This document shows, piece after piece, positions 23,909 to 35,399 of a stretch of 64,000 bases of DNA. Position numbers and translations under genes: made by a program. Source of the DNA: Squalus acanthias (Eukaryota); NCBI GenBank assembly GCA_030390025.1, contig JASTWF010000093.1, forward strand, positions 1,054,001 to 1,118,000. The letters run 5' to 3'. The notes below the pieces were generated by a model, which saw only the letters and a list, made by a program, of their open reading frames with translations, made no database searches and was not told the DNA's origin. Every line of letters begins with the position of its first letter. The first letter of the stretch is position 1.

Positions 23909-25261
23909 AATACTGATTAAGAAATACCATCCTTAAATTCCTTTCAGAATAATGGAACCACAAAGCCTCATAATGCTCTTTTAGTCTATATTTAAAATAC
24001 TCTTTCAGATTTATTCTTCTACCCTTATAAAACAGAGCATTCCTTCATGGCATGATCGGGCGTTTTCAGAGTAGTAGGGTAGGCATCTGCTGATTGGCTT
24101 TCCCTTTACCTAAAGGCTTGCAGTCCTGTCGTCTAGCTTATGTTTCCTTTTATATTCCTTTCTCCCCTTCCCCACCTTGCTCTCTTGACCCTCAGGCTTC
24201 CCCACACACACAAACTACAAGCCCTACCCTTCATTGCCTTCCCCTTGCCTCAACCTTCAAAACTCCATTAGCTCCACCCTTCCTTACCTCGCTCACCCAC
24301 TCACTCACTGCTGTAAAAACGCTGCTCCTTCCTGCCTCAAAATACACACAATTAGGGAGCAGCTTTTTCTCCTCTCCCAGGCCCGGCTGCTTAAAACAGG
24401 CTCAAGCCCACAACCCAATTCAAGACACCTTTGCCCAATTCAGACCAGAACAAGATGTGGGCCTTTCTGCACATTGATAAAAGCCGCCCGCGTGGCCCCA
24501 ATTTGGCCAGCAGGCCGACCCAGCAGCAGAACGTGCTACAAGGAAATGAGCCGAGGAAAGAGAGCGAGCGCGTGAGAGAGCGAGAGGGAAAGAGGGAGGG
24601 AGCGCGCACAAGCAATCAGCTAAAAAGGTTTCCAAATGAAGGCAGTGTCAGTGCAGCATCAAAGCATCAGCCTAAGTTTTTGTGCTCAATCTCTGGAGAG
24701 GGACTTGGAACCCACAACCTTCTGACCCAGACACAAGAGTGCTACCCACTGAGCCACGGCCGACCCTGTATGTGAGGGGCACTACAGAAATGCAGGTTGT
24801 TGTTGTCCAAGTGCCTATTCTTTTTGTGCAGCGACTGCCGGTAAACTATTCGACTGCGGGGTAAGCCCAACGCTACCCTTATCGGGCATCTGCACGCACT
24901 GCAGGAGGGATCAGGAATGGGAATCTCGGATGTTTCTCTTTTGCTCCGATTGCCCAGGAAGCTGAGGTCAGTTGCATCCATTCCTGTTGACTGTTTCAGC
25001 AAGGACCTCGAAACTATCAACCCTGGGGGCTTCTTTAATTTGCACAGCTCAGCGCTACAAAAAGTGCTTGGAGACTGAGGCACTGGGGAGGTCCTGTGTC
25101 CAGCACATGTTAGGTAGTGGAGAGCTGGAAGTGGTTACATGGCAGTAAACTCATAGAGGGGTTCAGATGATGCCATAAACTCCCAGAGTGAAGCTTGAGT
25201 GGTGTATAACTCTGAGATGACATTGCAGCCTTCAAATCGTTCCTATGTACCAGTATGTTTT

Positions 25262-25691
25262 ACATAGAAACATAGAATCTAGGAGCAGGAGTAGGCCATT
25301 CGGCCCGTCGAGCCTGCTCCACCATTCAATACGATCATGGCTGATCATCCAAATCCAGTACCCTGTCCCTGCTTTAATCCCCACAGTACACATATCCCAC
25401 CCTACCCCCGTAACCCCACGTATTTAATTCCCCCTAACATATCCCATCCTATCCCCATAACCCCACATATTTAATCCCCCCCTAACACTAAGGGTCAATT
25501 TATCATAGCCAAATCAACCTAACCCGCACATTTTTGGACTGTGGGAGGAAACCGGAGCACCCGGAGGAAACCCACGCAGACACGGGGAGAATGTGCAAAC
25601 TCCACACAGACAGTCACCCGAGGTCAGATTCGAACCCGGGTCTCTGGCGCTGTGAGGCACCAGTGCTAACCACTATGCCACAGTGTTGCCC
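25262..25691 (-). mobile_element. HE1-type V-SINE with CR1/HER1 tail
   Basis: tRNA head, V-domain CTCCCCGTGTCTGCGTGGGTTTCCTCCGGGTGCTCCGGTTTCCTCCCACAGTCCAAA, CR1 tail; 5-bp TSD GTTTT; absent from the two paralogous blocks. Confidence 0.9.
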
Positions 25692-26223
25692 GTTTTGTGA
25701 TATTCGAACTGCAGACTTCAAGGGGGTGCTTTTATTTCTGTGAGCATCCACTTCTTTGCCAACAGATGAAAACACTGATGTACCCTCCACACTGCATTGC
25801 TGAGAGTTTCTTCCCCGAAGGATTAACCACTGCAAGTACTGAATGAGAATCAACAATCGGTACACGTCTATATTACATTTCAAAGGCCAGTGGGTTATAC
25901 AAAATCCAAGAAAACTTACAAACACCAAAGGCGGGGTTTACGATGATCATGATACAAATGTCTTATGTTGTGCAATCTGCTGCTCCCTGGAATGCATTCC
26001 ATTTCTATCTCATGTTTCACCCCTTTCAAATAATTTTGCTTAGTTTTTTTTGCGATTCTCATACAGACTCTACTTCATCTCATTCTTAAGAATAAAGACA
26101 GCCTCACAAGTTTCATTGGGTTTACAAGCGGTCTCACTCTTTTTGATCCTGAGCATACTAAAAGTCATGTGACATGTTTCTTGTAAATGTAACATTGACT
26201 TCTCAGGACATTTTCCTGTCACT

Positions 26224-26542
26224 TTCGGATGAGACGTTAAACTGAGGCCCCGTCTGCTCTCTCAGGTGGATGTAAAAGATCCCACGGCACTATTTCGAAG
26301 AAGAGCAGGGGAGTTATCCCCGTTGTCCTGGCCAATGTTTATCCCTCAACCAACATCACGAAAACAGATTATCTGGTCATTATCACATTGCTGTTTGTGG
26401 GAGCTTGCTGTGCACCAATTGGCTGCTGTGTTTCCTACACTACAACAGTGACTACACTCCAAAAAGTACTTCATTGGCTGTAAAGTGCTTTGGGACGTCC
26501 GGTGGTCATGAATGGCGCTGTAGAAATGCAAGTCTTTCTTTT
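26224..26542 (+). mobile_element. 5'-truncated SacSINE1-like Deu-SINE
   Basis: Deu core; paralog of 2910-3232. Confidence 0.75.
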
Positions 26543-27262
26543 TCTATTTTTTCCATTTCTGTCCTGTCTGTAATGATTTTCTGTCACAGTTAAACTTGCT
26601 TTTTTAAAATCATATTTTTCTCTTTCCCGCCGCAAGGCTGGTTGATTCTTCCCATGTGTCTCACTCCCAAAGTCGTCCTCTGAACTGACTCACTCAGGTC
26701 CGTTCGGAAGTTGCTCTCTCCCTCCCAGGAAGTTGTATTTTTTAAATTGTTTTTCTGCTGCCTGACTGGCACCTCCTACCACCTCTCCCCGAACCCCAAA
26801 ATCCACCTGGTCCCTAATGCTGCTTCCTGGCACCTCCTCCCAACACTAACCGTCAACTCCTCCCTCTCGCTCCGACTCCAACTGCCGTCTCGCCTGATTG
26901 CTTCGTCCTTCACATTTCTCCATCCCAAAGTGTTGCCTCTTCGCCCTCTTCCTACATCGCTGACCTACACTGGCTCCCGGTTAAGCAACGTTTCAATTTC
27001 AAAATTCTCATCCTTGTTTTCAAATTCCTCCATGGCCTCGCCCCTCCCTATCTCTGTAATCTCCTCCATTCCCACAACCGTCCCCGAGATATCAGCGCTC
27101 CTCTAATTCTGGTCTCTTGAGCATCCCTGATTATAATCGCTCAACCATTGGTGGCCGTGCCTTCTGTTGCCTAGGTCCTAAGCTCTGGAATTCCCTCCCG
27201 AAACCTCACTGCCTCTCTACCTCTCTTTCCTCCTTTAAGATGCTTCTTAAAGAGAGTGTCAG

Positions 27263-27727
27263 CTGTGGCTCAGTTGGCAGCACACTTGCCTTTGAATCAG
27301 AAGGTTGTGGATTTAAGTCCCACTCCAGGGACTTGAGCACATAAATCTAGGCTGACGTTCCAGTGCAGTGCTGAGGGAGTGCTGCACTGTTGGAGGTGCT
27401 GTCTTTTGCGTGAGACGTTAAACTGAGGTCCCGTCTGCTTTCTCCTGTGGATGTAAAAGATCCCATGGCACTATTTTGAAGAAGGTTGCGGAGTTCTCCC
27501 TGATGACCTGGGCAAATATCTATCGCTCGACCAGCATCACTTAAAAAAACCCAGATTATCTGGTCATTTTCACATTGCTGTTTGTGGGAGCTTGCTGTGC
27601 GCAAACTGGCGACCGTTTTCCCCACATTGCCACAGTGACTCCACTTCAAAAAGTACTTCATTGGCTGTAAAGTGCTTTGGGACGTCTGGTGGTTGTGAAA
27701 GGCGCTGTAGAAATGCAAGTCTTTCTT
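27263..27727 (+). mobile_element. SacSINE1-like Deu-SINE nested in L2 fragment (26750-27870)
   Basis: Full head/core/tail; L2 sequence resumes at 27728. Confidence 0.8.
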
Positions 27728-27899
27728 TAAAACCTACCTCTTTGATCAAGCTTTTGGTCACCCACCCTAATTTCTCCTCATGTGGCTCCATGTCAAATTT
27801 TTTGACTCATAACGCTCCTGTGAATCGCCTTAGGACGTTTTACGACGTTTAAGGCGGTGTATAAATGCAAGTTGGGAGCGTCCCAGCGTCATCCCGACA

Positions 27900-30800
27900 C
27901 CGATTGGGGTGAATCTTTTATTCAAACCAATAATACCAATTACATAGTAAAACCATTACATTCATCCATCTCAGTAAATACAGTACAAATACCCCCAAAC
28001 AATACCACACAATATTTTTTTTATTTTTTTTATTTTTTTTTTACATTTAAAGTAATACATCTCAGTTAACTCCACATAAAACAACCCATTTCAACACCAC
28101 AGTGTACAAACACATAGCACCATCACAATCCAACTAAATGCCACAGACAACATCCACTTCAATCACACAAGAAACCTGTTCCACGCCAGACCCACTAGCA
28201 CCGCCCACCCAACCATCCACTCAAATTGTTCGTCCGATCATCCAAGCCTTCGTTCGTTCACACCTCTGCCGACCAGCCGCCCCGCCCTGGGCCCCCCGCC
28301 TGGGGTTCTCCGTGCTGGGCCTCTCGCCCAGGCCACTCTCCTCTGGGTCTTCCACCTTGGGCCTTCTGCACCGGACCCTCTGCACCGGTATTCCCCGCGA
28401 GCAGCTGGGGTGAATCAGCCGCATCTCCTGACTCCACCTCTGCCGACCAGCCGCCCCGCCCTGGGCCCCCCGCCTGGGGTTCTCCGTGCTGGGCCTCCCG
28501 CCGAGGCCACTCCGATTGGGGTGAATCTTTTATTCAAACCAATAATACCAATTACATAGTAAAACCATTACATTCATCCATCACAGTAAATACAGTACAA
28601 ATACCCCCAAACAATACCACACAATTTTTTTTTTTAGATTTAAAATAATACACCGATTGGGGTGAATCTTTTTTATTCAAACCAATAATACCAATTACAT
28701 AGTAAAACCATTACATTCATCCATCACAGTAAATACAGTACAAATACCCCCAAACAATACCACACTTGTTTTTTACATTTAAAATAATACATCTCAGTTA
28801 ACTCCACATAAAACAACGCATTTCAACACCACAGTGTACAAACACATAGCACCATCACAATCCAACTAAATGCCACAGATAACATCCACTCCAATAACCC
28901 AAGAAACTGCGGATGCTGGAAATCCGAAATAACAACAGAAAACGCTGCTGCCTGGCCTGCTGAGTTTTTCCAGCGTTTTCTGTTGTTATTTCGGATTTCC
29001 AGCATCCGCAGTATTTTGCTATCGTATTAGTGTTTGGTTCACTGCCACCTCTCTTCTTGGAATGCCTACCTTGAAGAAGTTCTGCTCTTCTCTTCGACGG
29101 GATTTCCGTTTGGCTCTTCAACCTTGTTCATCTTCATTGATTTCAGTTTCCCTTCTCGTGTTTGCAGCCTTAATCTGTCACATTAACACCACCTCTAGCC
29201 TTGCATATCTCTTAATGTCTCTTAATGTCTCTTCATCTCCACCTTTGTTCCTTTATCCCCTCCCCCTTTTCCCAGCTTTACCCTGGCCTTAAATCTATTT
29301 GATTTCCGGCTCTTCCCAGTTCTGATGAAAGGTCATCGACCTGAAACGTTAACTCTCTTTCTCTCTCCACGGATGCTGCCTGGCCTGCTGAGTTTTTCCA
29401 GCGTTTTCTGTTGTTATACCCAAGAAACCTGTTCCACGCCAGTTCCACTGGCACCGCCCACCCAACCATCCACTCAAATTGTTCGTCCGATCATTCAAGC
29501 GTTCGTTCGTTCACACCTCTGCCGACCAGCCGCCCCGCCCTGGGCCCCCCGCCTGGGGTTCTCCGTGCTGGGCCTCTCGCCCAGGCCACTCTCCTCCGGG
29601 CCTTCCACCTTGGGCCTTCTGCACCGGACCCTCCGCACCGGCATTCCCCGCGAGCAGCCGGGGTGAATCATCCGCATCTCCTGACTCCAACTCTGCCGAC
29701 CAGCCGCCCCGCCCTGGGCCCCCCGCCTGGGGTTCTCCGTGCTGGGCCTCCCGCCCAGGCCACTCCGATTGGGGTGAATCTTTTATTCAAACCAATAATA
29801 CCAATTACATAGTAAAACCATTATATTCATCCATCACAGTAAATACAGTACAAATACCCCCAAACAATACAACACAATTTTTTTTTTTTAGATTTAAAAT
29901 AATACACCGATTGGGGTGAATCTTTTATTCAAACCAATAATACCGATTACATAGTAAAACCATTACATTCATCCATCACAGTAAATACAGTACAAATACC
30001 CCCAAACAATACCACACTTTTTTTTTACATTTAAAATAATACATCTCAGTTAACTCCACATAAAACCCATTTGAACACCACAGCTTACAAACACATAGCA
30101 CCATCACAATCCAACTAAATGCCACAGATAACATCCACTCCAATAACCCAAGAAACCTGTTCCACGCCAGTCCCACTGGCACCGCCCACCCGACCATCCA
30201 CTCAAATTGTTCGTCCGATCATTCAAGCGTTCGTCCGTTCACACCTCTGCCGACCAGCCGCCCCGCCCTGGGCCCCCCGCCTGGGGTTCTCCGTGCTGGG
30301 CCTCCCGCCCAGGCCACTTCGATTGGGGTGAATCTTTTATTCAAACCAATAATACCAATTACATAGTAAAACCATTATATTCATCCATCACAGTAAATAC
30401 AGTACAAATACCCCCAAACAATACAACACAATTTTTTTTTTTTAGATTTAAAATAATACACCGATTGGGGTGAATCTTTTATTCAAACCAATAATACCAT
30501 TCATCAATTACATAGTAAATCCATTACATTCATCCATCACAGTAAAACATAAGCTTTAAAAACAGCCTTATAGTTAATATAATGCAATGATTAATCTTAC
30601 AAACAATCAATAATGTTTACAGTACAAATACCCCCAAACAATACCACACAAATTTTGGTTTTTTACCTTTAAAATAATACATCTCAGTTAACTCCACATA
30701 AAACAACCCATTTCAACACCACAGTGTACAAAGACATAGCACCATCACAATCCAACTAAATGCCACAGATAACATCCACTCCAATAACTCAATAAAACTG

Positions 30801-31109
30801 TTCCACGCCAGTCCCACTGGCACCGCCCACCCGAACATCCACTCAAATTGTTCGTCCGATCATTCAAGCGCTCGTCCGTTCACACCTCTGCCGACCAGCC
30901 GCCCCGCCCTGGGCCCCCCGCCTGGGGTTCTCCGTGCTGGGCCTCCCGCCCAGGCCACTTCGATTGTGGTGAATCTTTTATTCAAACCAATAATACCAAT
31001 TACATAGTAAAACCATTACATTCATCCATCACAGTAAATACAGTACAAATACCCCCAAACAATACCACACAATTTTTTTAGATTTAAAATAATACACCGA
31101 TTGGGGTGA
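27900..31109 (-). repeat. Higher-order tandem array (4 x [long + short] units) punctuated by nine copies of CCGATTGGGGTGA
   Basis: Junction motif at 27900, 28512, 28653, 29765, 29907, 30319, 30461, 30960, 31097 (two degenerate); each unit ends AATAAAAGAT on -. Confidence 0.92.
28908..29417 (+). mobile_element. Internally deleted Penelope (family 1) nested in array
   Basis: TSD ACCCAAGAAAC (28897-28907, 29418-29428); inverted 5' piece, two pLTR pieces, hammerhead CTGATGA-AAGGTC-ATC-GACCT-GAAAC at 29322-29347. Confidence 0.85.
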
Positions 31110-31160
31110 GTGTAGCCCTTAAAGACCCATCCCGACACCGACTGGAGTTGCAAATTGTCC

Positions 31161-31217
31161 GGGGCGTTCCCAGCGGTCAGCCTAATGATAATGACATAGC
31201 AGGCAGGGACTATAAAA
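31161..31217 (+). promoter_or_regulatory. Core promoter of B7-like gene: kappaB-like site and TATA box
   Basis: GGGGCGTTCC (31161-31170) fits GGGRNNYYCC; TATAAAA at 31211-31217 followed by CpG-rich leader. Confidence 0.6.
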
Positions 31218-31420
31218 GAGAGCGGGCTGCGGGCGCCGTCCCATAGAGAGAGCGGAGCTCCGAGGGTTCAGATCTCGGTCATCGAGCTCTGTCCCGGGTG
31301 CCGCCGGAACCCTCCATAAGATGCGGGTCTTTAGCAGCTGTGGAAACCGATAAAGAAACGATTTTCACTGATCGTCGTCTTGTCTTGTCTTGTTTTGACA
31401 GCTGTCGAGGAGAGCAAATT

Positions 31421-31475
31421 ATGGTGAGAAGTCTGCTCGCTGTTTTGGTGGCTGTTCAATTCAGTTTGGCTCGAG
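31421..31475 (+). CDS. Leader exon MVRSLLAVLVAVQFSLAR
   Basis: Acceptor TTTTGACAG ending 31401, ATG 31421, G|GTAAG donor. Confidence 0.85.
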
Positions 31476-31596
31476 GTAAGTCTTTAAATGTAACTGTTTC
31501 CTTGCACACATTAGAATGAACGATCCACACAGTTTGAGGTGGTCTTTTCACCACTGAGCAATGGCCCAAAGCAATAACAGTACTTTCACTTGTAAT

Positions 31597-31718
31597 AGCA
31601 AAATACTGCGGATGCTGCAAATCTGAAATAACAGAAAATGCTGGAAATACTCAGCAAGTCAGGCAGCATCTGTGGAGAGAAAAGCAAGAGTTAACGTTTC
31701 AGGTCTGGGACCGAAGGG
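31597..31718 (-). mobile_element. Penelope (family 1) pLTR remnant
   Basis: 13-bp TSD TTTCACTTGTAAT (31584-31596, 31719-31731); matches the reverse complement of 10020-10120. Confidence 0.8.
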
Positions 31719-31827
31719 TTTCACTTGTAATGTTGGGTCAGTTTAATGGGCAAGATGGATAATTCCCAAGTAAACATTGTTCATGGAGCTGAAAATAATA
31801 TTTCAAAGAAATAGCCCCTGTCTATTT

Positions 31828-33427
31828 ACATAAGAACAGAAGAAATGGGAGCAGGAATAGGCCACTTGGCCCCTCGAGCCTGCTCCGCCATTCAATAAGA
31901 TCATGGCTGATCTTGGGCTCAAAGCCACTTCCCTGCCCGCTCCCCATATCCCTTCACTCCCTTATCTTGTAAAAATCTGTATCTCCACCTTAAATGTATT
32001 TAATGACCCAGCCTCCACGGCTCTCTGGGGCAGAGAATTCCACAGATTTACGACCCTCTGAGAAGAAATTCCTCCTCATCTCACTTCTAAAATGGCGACC
32101 ATTTATTCTGAAACTATGCCCCTGAGTTCTAGATTTCCCCACGAGGGGAAACATCCTCTCTGCATCTACCCTGTCGAGCCCACTCAGTATCTTGTATGTT
32201 TCAATAAGATCACCTCTCATTCATCTAAATTCCAATGAGTATAGGCCCAACCTGCTCAACCTTTCTTCATAAGTCAACCCCCTCATCTCTGGAATCAACT
32301 GTGTGAATCGTCTCTGAACTGCCTCCAATGCAAGTATATCCTTCCTTAAATAAGGAGACCAAAACTGTATGCAGTACTCAAGGTGTGGTCTCACCAATAC
32401 CCTGTACAGTTGTAGCAGGACTTCTCTGCTTTTATACTCCAACCCCCTTGCAATAAAGGCCAACATTCCATTTGCCTTTTTGATTACTTGCTGCACCTGC
32501 ATGCTAACTTTTTGTGTTTCATGCACAAGGACCCCCAGGTCCCTCTGAACTGTAGCATTTTGTAATCTGTCTCCATTTAAAAAATAATTTGCTTTTTTAT
32601 TTTTCCTGGCAAAGTGGATAACCTTGCACTTTCCCACATTATACTCCATCTGCCAAATGTTTGCCCACTCACTTAGCCTGTCTATATCCCTTTGCAGATT
32701 CTTTGAGTCCTCTGTACAACTTGCTTTCCCATCCTTCTTTGTATCATCCGCAAACTTAGCTACAGTACACTCGGTCCCTTCATCCAAGTCATTAATGTAG
32801 ATTGTAAATAGTTGAGGCCCCAGCACTGATTCCTGTGGCACCCCACTAGTTACCGTTTGCCAACTGGAAAATGACCCATTTATCCTGACTCTCTGTTTTC
32901 TGTTAATTAACCAATTCTCTATCCATGCTAATATATTACCCCCAGCTCCGTGAGCTCTTACCTTATGCAGTAACCTTTTACGTGGCACCTTATCGAATGC
33001 CTTCAGGAAATCCAAATACACCACATCCACTGGCTCACCCTTATCCACCCTGCTCGTTACATCCTCAAAGAACTCCAGCAAATTTGTTAAACATGATTTC
33101 CCTTTCATAAAACCATGCTGACTCTGCTTGACTGCATTGATTTTCCAAATGCCCTGCTAATGCTTCCTTCATGAAGGACTCCAGCATTTTCCCAACGACA
33201 GATGTTAGGCTAACTGGTCTATAGTTTCCTGCTTTCTGTCTCCCTCCTTTCTTGAATAGGGGTTTTACATTTGCGGTTTTCCAATCCGCTGGGACCTCTC
33301 CAGAGTCCAGGGAATTTTGGTAGATTACAACCAATGTATCCACTATCTCTGCAGCCACTTCTTTTAAGACCCTGGGATGTAGGCCATCTGGTCCAGGGGA
33401 CCTGTTGTCTTTTAGTCCCATTATTTT
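31828..33427 (-). mobile_element. CR1 LINE, 5'-truncated, intronic
   Basis: RT ORF fragments 31990-33475; tail at about 31830. Confidence 0.92.
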
Positions 33428-33718
33428 GTGGTGTTTACTGATCATGTTGCTGCAGTTACTTTTTTTGATGTCCATTTTGTGAGGTGAGGGAACAAAACTT
33501 TTTCTATTTCAATAGATCACAGAAAATATCAACCCAGGAAATATCAACCCTTCTGGAGAAGAGAAAATACAGCTGTGGGGATAATTACTACTTAGTGCTT
33601 TCCTGTGTTCAAGATTAAATCTCGTATTAATCATCCTTTTAAAGTAAAATATTCTGAAGAGTCAAGATTAAATCTCTTGGAACAATGCTGTTACTAATCT
33701 ATTTGTTTGAATTCACAG

Positions 33719-34069
33719 CTCAGTTTCAAGTCCACACCCCAGAAGCACCAGTGACTGCTGTCTACGGCCAGTACACGGTGCTGAGTTGCAGCTTTACAGC
33801 TCAGGGTGAATCGTCACTGTATCTGCTGTTCATCAGTTGGCACCGTGTCGAGACGGAGGAAGTTGTTTATAGTTATTATGGAAAAGAGCAACTGAGTCGC
33901 CAAAGCCCTCGGTATTCGGGGAGGACAAGCTTATTCCCAGAGGAATTAAAACAAGGGAACGTTTTGGTGAAGCTGGACAGAGTGAGACCAGAGGATGCTG
34001 GACAGTACCTGTGCTTAGTCAGGAACGCAAAAAGAAATGGCCAGGGCATTGTGTCTCTAATATTTGCAG
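33719..34069 (+). CDS. Intact IgV exon (B7-type)
   Basis: AQFQVHTPEAPVTAVYGQYTVLSCSF...ISWHR...YSGRTSLFPEELKQGN...DAGQYLCLV...SLIFA. Confidence 0.92.
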
Positions 34070-34134
34070 GTACATGCTTCTTTCAGTTTTCATTTTTGTT
34101 CTGTCAGTGCTGCAAATTAAAGTCATGCTTCTTG

Positions 34135-34395
34135 GCCTCCCCTGATGGCTCAGTGAGTCTCGCCATTGAGTGCCTGAGCCGTACAGACCATGTTTGATGT
34201 CCAGAATGTGCTGGTGTAGCTCCTCTCCGCTGGAGCAGTGCTATTGGTGCAATCGACACACCTCGGTTAGGGTTGGCACTCCCGTTTGCTATTCAGCAAG
34301 CCCTGCCTGTGGACGGCTCTAGGATCGGGCTGAACTGTGATGGCCTCGCAGGTGAAAAGCCCACTGATATTTACCATCAAGGGTTACGTATGATT
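34135..34395 (+). mobile_element. Decayed LF-SINE-like element
   Basis: TGGCTCAGTGAG...CTGAGCCGTACAGACC...AGGATCGGGCTGAACTGTGATGG; similar relics at about 3970-4125, 18610-19320, 37700-37960, 43690-43870. Confidence 0.4.
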
Positions 34396-34654
34396 TTGGC
34401 TGAACAGCTGCCAGCAGGATATTGTGGGATTTTCACCTTCAACTTGATCACTTGGTACAATGATTTGAATATCTCCAAATTGATCACAAACAGCAATATC
34501 TACTATTCTGTTTGTACTTTGATTTGTTGTTTTTGAGCATTTAAAGCTTTTATTGCATTATTCAATTAGTTATTAACTGGAACAAAATTCCTAGTTGGCA
34601 TTATTTTTATCAAGTTTATTTCTTGTTTCTAATGACCCTTTTTTTAATCTACAG

Positions 34655-34939
34655 CATACTACAAGGAACCTGACTTTTTTATCCAATTAACACCATCCTG
34701 GACAGTGTTCAGATTCGAGTCCCAAGGTTAACCTGAGGCTACTGTTTCCTGGTACAATGAAGAAAATGAGGATATTTCCACACTGTCTGAGACTTCGTAC
34801 CAACAAAGTGGAGATGGTCTATACTCCCTGCAGAGTATTCTGCAAATCAATGACACCAATAGGAGTTCGAACTACACATTCAGATTAAGAAATGATGTTC
34901 TACACCAATCAGTTTCTCGAACATTTGGTCTTTCTGTAG
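34655..34939 (+). pseudogene. IgC-like exon, premature TAA 34729-34731
   Basis: AYYKEPDFFIQLTPSWTVFRFESQG*PEATVSWYNE...DGLYSLQSILQ...NYTFRLRNDVLHQSVSRTFGLSV. Confidence 0.9.
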
Positions 34940-35399
34940 GTAAGTTGTGTCCTACACTCAGTACTCATAACCTCCAGTTGTCTTGCGATACAATGCTGAA
35001 TCACGACATCTTGATCTCCATGCCATTTGAAGTAAAGGAAATCTTCTTTCAGTTCTTCAGAAACTTCTGTTCCAGTCTCTGGTTCCACAAGTATAAACCG
35101 CTGCACCTTTTTAACTTTCATGGGCCTACACTTCTTGACTTATCAATGTTCTTGGCCTCACTATCTCCCAAGACCACAAATGGAGCTGCTGCATTGCTCG
35201 GCTGCTCAAAAGCTGTTTCCTCGTTTGTGCCAAACACTTCTCACCAAATACCTTTAACTCTCTATAGCTCGAGTCCTTTTGTGACTTGGATTCTGCTCCC
35301 ATATTTGGGAAGACTCTCCTTAATGTCTCCCTCGCTCCTTGGAGAGGATATAAGAAGTTCTCTCTCTATGCTGTATTGTACCCTCCACGCTATGTAAAC

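Noticed and set aside
24832-24860. 29-nt candidate micro-exon (TTTTTGTGCAG...GTAAGC), also at about 4126-4154 and 54583-54611
   Set aside because: Not frame-preserving, varies between copies, and no associated gene was found.
28138-31081. Repeated Pro-rich ORFs (HTSADQPPRPGPPAWGSPCW)
   Set aside because: By-products of GC-rich array units, mostly with non-ATG starts.
27900-31109. CRISPR-like interpretation of the recurring CCGATTGGGGTGAATC repeat
   Set aside because: The intervening sequences are long, repeated and nested rather than unique spacers; the context is vertebrate with no cas genes.
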